A stretch of 63,025 nucleotides of DNA, filler included, from Basidiobolus meristosporus CBS 931.73 (lineage: Eukaryota; Fungi; Basidiobolomycota): NCBI GenBank assembly GCA_002104905.1. It is 3 parts of 3 records of this genome, joined end to end, with 100 filler letters (N's around TTAATTAATTAA, not from the genome) between each part and the next. Parts side by side here need not be neighbours in the genome. Positions count along the whole stretch, not along the records: positions 1 to 24,635 come from MCFE01000945.1; 2 more parts are not named here. One strand, written 5' to 3'. Positions 11,341-22,300 of the stretch are shown here, piece after piece; position 1 is the stretch's first letter, and the number at the start of each line of letters is the position of its first letter. The notes beneath the pieces are model-generated. The model searched no databases, was not told where the DNA came from, and saw only the letters and a program-made list of their open reading frames with translations. Made by a program: the position numbers and the translations under genes.

Positions 11341-14206
11341 CTTGTGACAGGATCATAACGGCATTTTGCTAATTTTACAGCCAAATAAAGTTGATAAAAT
11401 ATAATGGTGTTCGTACTGTATTTTACCAAGGAAGGTATGGCTTTGTTGCGGTCTTGGTGTGCTTTAAAACTATTTAAGTGGATCTAACCAGCTAGTACAT
11501 CCAATTGCCTTACATGATAAGAGCTGATGGTATGTGTGTACATGGTAGCCTAGAGCTAGTAATGTATAATGCTACCATATCAATTTACCAAATGGTATTT
11601 TCTCTTACTTCCTCCCCTTGCATAATTCATATACTCCACTGTAGAGTCACCCCTTTTTATTTTCTTACTCACTACTACCTTGGGTATTCTGCATATAGCT
11701 TGCATCAAGAAATACTATGGCCTCCTGCTTACTAACCTCTACAAATGAGCACACATGCCACAATTAACATACTTCTATCAACTTAACTTTACAACTTTTT
11801 AGTGTGATGCATGCATAGTTGCCATATTCCCTGTATTGCTGGTAACAAATACATGTTGTAAATATTTGTAAGGTTGCCACTACTTCTGCTCTGAATACCT
11901 CCTGAATATCTGCAAAGAACTTTTTGGTATTTAGCCAATTTTTTTTCTACCTGCTGGATTCTGGTCCCCCTTATAGGTGTGTTCTGGCTCTTGTTTGTGT
12001 GAATTCTGTACTGATTGGTGTACAAATTGGCTTGTGACCAACAGAAATCTGGCATATCTTGGTAGGGTTTTCCTAATAAAACTAGTTGCTTGTTGCACCC
12101 AACACAACTTTGCATTACCTAACTGAGTGCCCACACATTTGGTCTGCTTAGCTTCTTAATGCTCTAGACACAGGTGTCTCCATGTCCACATCTGTCCTCT
12201 GTACTTCCAGCTCTTCCAGGCTGTCCTCTATGTACCAACTCATTGCATCCATCATGGACCTGAAGGTAATATACCTGATGAGATTGTGATATAGTAATAA
12301 CTGCAACTTGCATTGTCATCCTATCTCCTCACATATTGGCTCCATAGGAAACTCCCAAAAGGTGAAGCAAGGCCTAATATTCTCCAAACACCAAACAAAA
12401 TGGACTAGTAAATGGATACAGTTGTGGCTGTGATCTACATGATCAGCTTTATGTTTGTAGTCTAGCCACTCAAGTTCTGTCACAAACTCTTTGCACAAAA
12501 GCTGTAGATGCATCAAGTTGGCATTGCTGATCCATTTCTGGATAAAACTCCTACAATGTCAACATATAACTCTCAATGCTTCCAATGTACTCTTGGTAGA
12601 GATGGCTTCAGAAGGCACTTGAATATATACATATCCAGCTCATCCAGTCCTTTCACTTGTATTGTTGCATATGTACACAAATGTTGATTGGAGCCTGTGA
12701 GAGGTATTTAGGGTAGTTGATACTCTTCAATATCTTGCCAGTTCTTTCAGTTTTTTCCTCTATCTCAAAGGGCTCATTTAGCTTGAAATGCCCCATGTAC
12801 AACTTGGTCATCAGTAAAGGGATATTATTGAAAAGCAAATGCATTGCTCCCAGTGGAAAGCTTTTGCTCCAACAGATACCCTCTATCTTAAGTATCTCTG
12901 GTTTCCAATCAATACTATATTCCTACCATTGGCTTATAGCTTGCCAACTTTGCTGCAACTGCATGCTGACTTCTGTACATTCCCTCTGCAGAAAGATGAT
13001 GTTGTTAGTGTTGGTGATTGGATAGTAATAATATGTTCAAGTGATAGACTAAGTCTCCTGGATCTCACCCATTTGACAGCAATACTATCCATTGTACCCA
13101 GAAAAGCTGGCTATCTTGCTGATGGCTGGGGTATCTCTGATGCAGATAATAATATGTGCCTTTACAGGATTGCCATCAGATGTTATCCTGCTAGAAAGCT
13201 TACAAGATTCATCCAGCAATGAATACTGTAGCTGTCCAGGTTGGACTGTAATTTATGCCCAGATACCTGTGAGACTACCATCAGTTTTTGGCTCTGATAC
13301 CATAAAATAGGCTGCATATTAAGGTTGATGAGAATCAGTGGCCAGCAGGATTTGCTGCTCAAGCACTTGTTCAATGAGAATCCATTAAATGCTAAGGCAA
13401 AGGCATGGTCATAAATAGTTTAAAGTAGCCCTCACCTTTTAGCTGCTTGCAATGTCTGTCATCAAATATATCTGATATGTTTGTGCTTGATTGATACTGA
13501 GTGCAGTACTTTATAGCTTCACAATAATTGTTGGACTGCATGAGCTTCTTTATACAGTGGATTACTGGAGTATATTGGGAGTGTAAGCAATATTTTCCCC
13601 CAATGATGGTGGATTCCTGACAAGCTGGACACCTTGCAATGGTGGCATATTCTGATGTGAACACTTAACAACTGTGAACACATGCTGGTACCAGAACAGT
13701 GTCTGGCTCATATGTTGCCAGCCACCTGACAGTTTTCAACTTGTACCATATACATGGTAAGTTGCAATCCTGGATCATTTGGCAAAATGTAGTAGTAAAT
13801 TCCCAAAGCCTCCATTGCGGATATAAGTAGCAATGCAACTCTTCTTTAGCCACTACATCATATCATTCACCAGTAGATGGATTACTGGGCGTACTTGAAT
13901 CCATAAAGTATTATTGGCATTTTTTTCCACAGGTGTTGTTGCATTGCATAATAGGATTTTGCTGGGCCCATGCAGGGCAATTTTGTTACGGAAAATAGGC
14001 ACACAATCCATCAGCAAGCCGGCTTCTTTGGTGCTATCACTGTGTGCACCATATTCAGAAGGCCGGGGTGAGCCTAAAAGCATCACAAACTCTCCTGACA
14101 CTGCATGCTCAAGGTGACTAGTGCAGCCAGATGCTGTTATAGAAGTATCAAATGGCTGGCAAGATATTGTTGGTACAGCAGTGACTGGTGAGTGGTCAAA
14201 TATCAC
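11340..14206 (-). mobile_element. CACTA/EnSpm transposon, copy 3 (decayed)
   Basis: ORF pieces SCWPLILINLNMQP, CPACQES, SDIFDDRH, MHLLFNNIP and RPCFTFWEFPMEPI. Confidence 0.85.
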
Positions 14207-14399
14207 TTGCGTGGCAAAACACTGGCCATGATCCTTGTTATACTTCCTATGCTGTTTGTGTGCTTTAGGCTGAGAGGCTTGCTACAATAGCCACATGGTC
14301 TTTTTCTCTTCTCTTACAGAGTTAAATCACTGTACTCTTGTTCATGGGGTAAACAGTTTGACAAGATGCCAAGATAAGATAGTTACCATATAAGGCAAG

Positions 14400-15978
14400 T
14401 ACCTGCAGCAGTGCCTATGTCATGTGACCATCCTGGTTTCATAACCCTATTATCCTACTACCATATGAGGTAACTGCATGACACAGAGGTTTCATATTAC
14501 CACTTTCTGATTGGCTAGGTGCTACTATGTCTCATGGAACAATCCACCAAGAATTTGAGTTATTTTTAGTACACAATGACATGATTGGCTGTCTACAACC
14601 TTCTGGAAACTCTTGGAAAATATTTTCTAGCAAGAATTTGAGCAGCAAAAAAGTAAACTTGTTCCGTTGGATAGTGCCACATTGAGCCGTGAGTGCCAAA
14701 TAGTGCCATAGTGTGCCTGAGAGTCATAGCAGACCTAAACTTGGCCACAGAGTGTGACATATAGTTCTGCATATTCATGCAAAGCAGCCCCTGTGTTTCA
14801 CCTACAGTGCAGGAGAAAATCAATTTTTTAACCTTTTTTTTGGGATCAAAATTGTGCATGACATAAAAGAGCACAGACAGACTGAAGATATGCATCTGGT
14901 ACACAATACCCATGGCACTCTAAATCTAGCCCCACAGGCTTGTAGCATGTCCCAAAAATGCATGGCACTATCTTGGTCCACAGGTACTATCTGGCACTAT
15001 AAGTGCTTCGTATAGGTTCTACTTTAGGGCTAATATTTAAATATAGTGCCAGATAGTACCAGTGGACCAAGATAGTGCCATGCATTTTTGTGACATGCTA
15101 CAAGCCTGTGGGGCTAGATTTAGAGTGCCATGGGTATTGTGTACCAGATGCATATCTTCAGTCTGTCTGTGCTCTCTTATGTCATGCACAATTTTGATCC
15201 CAAAAAAAAGGTTAAAAAATTGATTTTCTCCTGCACCGTAGGTGAAACACAGGGGCTGCTTTGCATGAATATGAAGAACTCTATGCCACACTCTGTGGCC
15301 ATGTTTAGGTCTGCTATGACTCTCAGGCACACTATGGCACTATATGGCACTCATGGCTCAATGTGGCACTATCCAACAGAACAAGTCTAGTATATAAGAG
15401 AGGCTATCCCTTAAAAAAAATCATCTCTCTTCCAGTATTCCAACTTATTGATTAGTGAGATCACCACTACCTATTACCACCACTTTCAGACTCAGACCTG
15501 ACAATACTCTCAGGAAACCATGCTGATAGCCAACTGACCTTGGAGGCACTACTTGTGAGGAATACTCAGAGTAGGTATATTTTATTATATTTGATTGTTT
15601 TCCCAAGTTTGTAGTTGTACAGGCCAAGATACTTTTCAGTCTTTGTAACTATTGGTCAAAGCTGCATTCTTATCAAGTCCCTGTTGGTGGAGTTCACAGT
15701 TGTTTTGACTTTGGAAGCTTTAGTAAATTGTCATCTCAAAGGATGTCAAAGCCATTATAAACTTTTGTTAAGATGCCAACTAAGTTGGGGATTGTAGTTT
15801 GATAATTTTCCCTTGACAAGCTTGAGGCTTTATCCCCCTTCACATTAGATTAGACAAAATACCCAGTATTCCTAGCAAGCTTTTGTCATAGGTTATTGTA
15901 CTCAGTGAACACTCCACACACATTCACACTTGAGAAGTGTTGGCGGTATTTTGCCCTTTGGACTTATACACAACCACA
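14400..15978 (+). mobile_element. Family-A-related LTR interrupted by the fold-back element (5' end approximate)
   Basis: 15387-15978 matches the reverse complement of 1581-2175 and ends CACAACCACA. 14400-14655 resembles the U3 part of family A. Confidence 0.6.
14657..15386. mobile_element. Fold-back/MITE-like palindrome: two 344-bp inverted arms around a 42-bp spacer
   Basis: 14657-15000 is the reverse complement of 15043-15386, with ~11 mismatches counted by eye. The arms carry repeated TGGCACTA(T)/TAGTGCCA motifs. Confidence 0.9.
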
Positions 15979-16559
15979 CCATAAGCAGACCATATTGCTG
16001 AGGTAGATTAGAATGTAGCAAAAGCAGTACCTTTATTTCAAGACCAGCAAGTGGCAGTCATAAAATCACCACCACCTGTATTAGCAAGTATGTTGTCAGC
16101 TCATACCAAAGAATTAATGAGGCAATTAGGTTCACTGGCTGATAGGAGAGATGCAATGGCCTGGAGAAATCTGTAAATAGTCCAGAAACAGGATGAGTGG
16201 ACAATACATGTAGAGCAATCAATATCCCAGGTAGAGAAAGCAATATCTTTGCTGCAAAGAAGACACTCAAGTGGTTATGAATAGACACAAGGCAGAGGAG
16301 TAGGGCTAGGCAAAGCAGGAGCAGGAAAGGACTTAGGTGTGGATCAACAAGGCAAGGTGGATTTCCAAGGCAAGACTACTTATTCAAGACCTGTGTTTAT
16401 CAGACTGAGGAATACATAAGGGGGAAAGGACTATATATGCTTTTTGGCAATATGGATGCCAAGAGATATTGGCTAATACTGATGGGGTTCTGGGGTGAGG
16501 CACAGTAAGTGTGCCAAGATAGAATTGTTGTGTTGTATTATGATTAGTTTGGGGCTTGT

Positions 16560-17400
16560 TCTACAATGTAGAGGCTAATCAACAATATACAACAACTTCC
16601 AGTATGTTAATACTGAAATAGTTTATTGGGAGTTTGATATACCGATAGAAGATATAACTTTCACTAATTTCCTCAATCTTAGGCTCAAAATATACTGTAG
16701 GCAGTGTTTATCACTTCTACAGCAGTGTTCTGACCTTCTGTCGACTAATGGGCTTATTTACTTTTATAGTAACTTTTCCTTATTTGGAAGTCACTTTCCT
16801 TTCTGAGAAAATATTTCCTAATATGGAAATCCTGAACTCCCCTTTAACCTAAAGGGGTGTGTTGTAGAAGTCTCTAAAGGGGTCTTTAGACCTAAAGGGG
16901 TGTCTAAAGGGGTGTCTTTAGAGTAAAGGGGCTTCTTGTAGTGGTCTCTAAAGTGGACTTTACACTAAAGGGGTGCCTAAAGGGGCTTCTTTAGAGTAAA
17001 GGGGTTTCTTAAAGGGGTCTCTAAAGGGGTCTTTAGACTAAAGGGGTGTCTAAAGGGGTGTCTTTAGAGTAAAGGGGTTTCTTAGAGGGGACTTTTCCAA
17101 CAGAAAAGTGGTAGTTTCTTGTAGAACTTAGATTGGATTCTTGTGAGCTTTGCAGTCTCTTTACTGATGTAGTACTGATCAAAGTCAGAATACTCAACAG
17201 TGCAAGTGATGCAGGGGAAGTCTTATAACCTTTAAACTTGTAATCGTAGTGTGGAGATTCTGGAAAGAGAGGCTCTCTCTTTATTTTTCAGCTGGGGAAG
17301 TCATATATATGAAAATTTTGAAGGATCAAAGCTTTTGGGCAATTGCGCAAGCAATACACGTGATACAAAGCTAAAATTTCGCAGTGGCGCAGATCGGACA
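16560..17400. repeat. Repeat family B, long copy (unclassified element end)
   Basis: Homologous to 7365-7625 and contains the TAAAGGGG array. Confidence 0.6.
16850..17090 (+). repeat. G-rich minisatellite: 13 exact TAAAGGGG plus 2 variants, in three ~70-bp higher-order units
   Basis: Read directly from the sequence. An inverted copy (CCCCTTTA, 16839-16846) precedes the first unit. Confidence 0.9.
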
Positions 17401-17510
17401 TAGGCGCAGCCCCTGTGGAAATTTCACGTGATTTGATTGGCTGGTTCGAAAGTTACACGCGATCAAAGTCACCATAGTAATCCTAGCAATAAGGCATAGT
17501 ATATATAATA
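17340..17510 (+). promoter_or_regulatory. CpG-retaining promoter-like patch (two CACGTG E-boxes, GATTGG, TATATATAA)
   Basis: About 10 CpGs in ~125 bp inside otherwise CpG-poor DNA. Function is inferred only. Confidence 0.3.
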
Positions 17511-18643
17511 GTTGGACTCTTTTGGTCATAACTCCTTAAGTACTGCTTCAAATGAGCTGTAATTTGAAACATGTGTTGGCTACTACGTGTTCTGTATGAC
17601 ATAATATTCTTGGGTGGATTGCTTGTCAGGGTCTGGAGTATTTGCTCTTCAAAGTTGGAAATTCTTGATCTTTCTCTTGTGTGTTACGATAGCAAAAAGC
17701 AAAATAAAGAAATGAGTGCAATATTGGTTTAGAGATATTGTAGTAATGGAATACTTTCCATTACCACAGAATATACTAAAGAACAGACTGGAATATCACA
17801 TGAAGATATGTCAGGGGTCAGCTGATCATGTGACTAGGTCATGTGACATGTAGTTACCATACATGGCATGGGACTACATAAACTCTAATGGGAAGCTTCC
17901 ATAGAATGTTCTGTTGTGTGACATTGACTTGGAGCTTTCAAGAAGTTGCTAGAATGGAGTAGAACTTTCTAGAGGGAACTGGTATTTCTTCACTGACTTG
18001 ATTTGGCTAGATAATTGGAGACCAGGGATGTCATGTGATCATGAAACAAGTATCTCAATGTCACTGCCAAGAATTGAGCCATTTCCCAATGTAACAGCCA
18101 AGGAACAACATACGGTCTTTGAAGCAAAACTACAGTGCTCAAAGATAAAGCCCACAGAGAAACCTATCACATCATGGGAATGAGACAAAAGCTCCAATGA
18201 AACAACAAAGAGGCATGAGGTAGCAGGAACAGTGCCAATAGGGGAAATGCAGGCAGACATAGATGCACCTGCACATCATTTTGCAATGAAAAGGCGTAGT
18301 TCAACTCAAAAAGCACTCAGCCAATGAAGCAGTGAAGGACCTGTCATTGATAAAAAAAAGCAGCTACCTCAGGAGCCCATCACATCATGGGCTGAGAGCT
18401 TGAAACCGGTGGGAAAGAAGTATCAGGTTGCCCACTGAGTGCCAACAAGGGACAAGCAGGCCAAACAGATACATTGGAACAGCATTTATCAAGGAGAAAA
18501 GACAGTTCAATACAAGAAGCACTCACACAAAGTAGCAGTGAAAGCCTGTCTGTAATAAAGGAAAAGGTAAAGGGGAAAAGTCTACCCAAGCAAGAGATAG
18601 AGAAGCATCAGAAAAAAACTGCAGTTGCTGTCAATTGATGCTG

Positions 18644-19339
18644 TGTTGTGCATCAACATTTAAAACTTTGCCAATTTTACTCTGTTTGAAAATCTAGTAC
18701 CCTAACTGATTTTCCCTAACCCAAACATAACAAATCCCAGTTTCAGTTTATTTGATCCCACCTCAGAATCTATTTTTAGCTATCACACCTGATCTATTTT
18801 CAAATGGTCATCACGTTATCAACCTATCTGCCAAGCCTTCCCAGGTGATTAGTCATCTGAGATCTATCCAACCACTGTGCAGTTGCCAAGACATCAGTTG
18901 ATTGATGATGTAATATTCATTTATCTTATGCACCTATGAACACCCAAATTGATTTCAATCAATCCAGTCCCTTGGCGCTTACTAATTCAACTTGATCAGA
19001 AAAGTATAAATAAAGTGTACTGAACCTTTTGGTTTAGTGTGTGTCTCAACAAAATTAAGATTCTGTCTCAGCAAAAATAAGAATCCAACAATTCCGTTCT
19101 AGTTTCTATCCAAGCCTAGTATATCTAGCACTCCAAAGAACACCAAGCCTAGCCTGCCTAGCGAACAAATATCATTGCCTTTATAGCCAACCCAGCTATA
19201 TCCAAGACCAATATTTGATCAGATCTTTCTGCTAATATTTCCGCCACTCTCTGACAATTCTAAGATTCTGCACTTAATTGTCCCTTTGGTTCAGTTAAAC
19301 CATTCAAGAGTTTTATTACACTTTCTCTTGGATACAACA
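18644..19339 (+). repeat. 5' LTR of the chromovirus (696 bp)
   Basis: Differs from the 3' LTR by 5 substitutions and 1 indel (counted by eye). TATAAATAAA at 19005. Confidence 0.97.
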
Positions 19340-19379
19340 TTTTTTTCGTTGAATTCCATTACATTCAGCCAATTAGAAG

Positions 19380-22300
19380 ATGTCCTCAGCAGCAAGCAAT
19401 CCAAACCTTTCCATGTTGGAAGAAGCCAGAAGAAATCAGGAAGAACTTACTGAACAGCTTGAAAACATCATGCTTGAAAGAAATACCATGATGATTGAGC
19501 ACTCAAAGCTTGCCAAAACAAGATCTGATAATCACCGTAGAGATGAACTCCTTGAAGTTACATCCGGCTACCAAGATGAAATTGGAATAATTAAGGAAGC
19601 ACTGGAGAATATTGCCATAGTAATTGACAGCATTGAAAATCCACCAAGCCTTGCTCTGCATCAGCCACCAAGAAGTCATGCCTTTGAATCCTCCAGATCT
19701 ACATCTCCTTCTAGACCTGCCCCGGTGGTTGTCCCAAGATCCTTGCCTGTTTATGCTGAAGGCACCAATGCCATCAAGAATCCAACTGAGTTTCATTACA
19801 AGTTTAGTCATGTCTTAGCTGCACACCAGCTAGACCCTGACACCAACTGGGCTAGACTTCTGCCTCTCTGTCTCACAATGCAAGATGCTGACTGGGTTGA
19901 AGTGAACATTCTTTCCAATAGTATGTGGAAAATTGCCCAAAACCTCTTTTGCAGCCATTTTGAAGATCCTCTCAAGAAAGCACATCTGAACTGCGACTTA
20001 TGGAAAACTAAAATGCAAAAAGGTGAATCTGTGCAACACTTCTGTGATAGATTCCAAAGACAAATGAGATTAGCTGGAGTTAGTGATGATAATCCATTGC
20101 TTACTGCTCATTTTCTTTCAAACTTTTCACACCAGCTACAGAGCAATATTGCTATTGTCAAAGCATGCAACCCTGCACGTACCTATGACCAGATCTCAGA
20201 GATATGTACACTGGCAATTACCTTGACTGCAGCTGTTAGCCAGACTTCAGGCAGCTCAACCCAATATCCCACAACAGCCGGAAAAGAGACCAGTCATGTG
20301 ACCGAGAAGCAGTCAACCGCTACTAAGCACTGTGAGCTTCATGGAAAATGCTATCATTCTACCAGTGAATGCAAAGGCATCACCAAGCAGTCAAACAAGT
20401 CAGGAAACACCGCAGAAAAGCAGCAAAACACCAAAACTGATAATCCATATGCTGATGACAAGTGCTTTAAATGTGGAAATAGGGGACATAGATCACCTGC
20501 CTGTCCTGAGAAGAACTCCACACCATCAGCCAAAATTACCCAGATCCTTGATGATCATTCAGCCAATGATACAATGGGGTATGAAGAAGCATATGAAGAA
20601 CTTACAATTCAAGATTATCACAACCTCTTTGAGTTTCCGGCTAAAATTGCAACTGTCCAAGAAAAGAAGCAACCAATCACGCAGCTCAAAGCCATAGAAG
20701 TGCCACTCACCCTCAATGGCCAATCATACGTAGCACTACTGGATACTGGATCATCCAACTCTATTGTATCACCCAATGTAGTCAGAGAACTCAATTTGGA
20801 GATAGAAAAACGACCAGGAAAAATCATTCTTGCTGCTAAGGATCTCTCAGCCCCAAGAATTGGCATTACCAACCCAATCAACATACATTGTGGCTCAGTA
20901 ACCATAATCCATCAGATGGAAGTGATTGACATACCAGATGGACCTCAGGTAGTCATTGGTCTGGACACCTTCACCAAACTTGGCTTTCACATAGGCGGAC
21001 TACCGGTTTCCTATCCAGGAATCACTAAATCTCAGCCGCTCATAATGGATCAAATCCCAGAGATTATCTCATCCCAACCGGAAGAAGAAGAGTTAACCCC
21101 AACTTTTCAAGAATATTCTCAATCAGTCAAATTAGATATTCAGCCGGCCATAGAGAGAAATCAGGCCATTCCAAGGAACAGCTTCTGCACCATCCCAGAA
21201 TCCATTGTTACACTAGAGACCCCACCTGGTGAGTCAACATGGAGGAGGCAATACCCAATTCCGCATTCATGTCAACACTTAGTTGATGAGATAGTCCAAA
21301 AATGGGCTGACAATGGAATTATCACTCAAGCCCCTGTCAACACAACATTCAACAGCCCTTTGACGCTTGCACCAAAGAAAGATGCTGATGGAAATCTAAC
21401 CCTGAAGAGACCCTGTTTGGACCCCAGACCTCTGAACAAGCTTCTCCAAGATGACAAGTTTCCAATTCCAAGAATCCAAGATATCTTTTCCGCACTATCA
21501 GGAGCAAAAGTATTCTCCAAGTTGGACTTGAAGGATGCATATCACCGATTCCAGATCCATCCTGATCATCAGCATAAGACTGCCTTTACTTGGAATAATA
21601 TGCAATGGATGTTTCAGGGAGCTCCCTTTGGCCTAAAGACACTTACCAGCAAGTTTCAGAGAGTCATGACTATAATACTCAAGAATGCACCATACGCATT
21701 GGTATTTGTTGATGATGTCATCATATTCTCCACTAACCGTGATGATCATGCAACCCATGTCACTGATGTAATCAACAGACTGACAACTGCTGGACTGATT
21801 CTCAATGCTGAAAAGTGCAGTTTTGCCCGCCTCAAAATCAATCTACTTGGATTTATAGTCACACCAGCTGGCCACCAATTAGATCCTTTCAAGCTGGTCA
21901 ATATCCCAGAATGGCCAAAACCCACTAGCGCCAAGCAACTTCAACATTATCTTGGAGTATTCAACTATTTCAGGGAACACATACCACTCATGTCCTCATT
22001 GAGTGCCCCATTAGATGCATTACGCCATAGCCCTGATCTCACCTCAGCCTGGAACAAGACTCATGACCAAGCCTTTGAGTCACTCTGCCAACTGCTTCCA
22101 CAAGCACCCACCTTATCCTACCCAGACTTTACTAAGCCCTTTGTTGTTGCTACAGATGCATCTAATGTTGGGTTAGGGGCAGTCCTCTATCAAGATGAAG
22201 ACCAAAATCCGCCTCACTGGATCTCTTTCCAAGCCAGGTCCCTACAACCTGCTGAGAGAAACTACTCTGCTACCAAGAAGGAGCTACTTGCCATAGTCTT

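Noticed and set aside
14593-15390. Twin ORFs MGIVYQMHIF... on opposite strands
   Set aside because: They are a by-product of the inverted repeat and have no coding signature.
16850-17090. CRISPR-like or coding repeat interpretation of the TAAAGGGG array
   Set aside because: There are no unique spacers, the units are short and irregular and break frame, the context is eukaryotic, and there are no cas genes.
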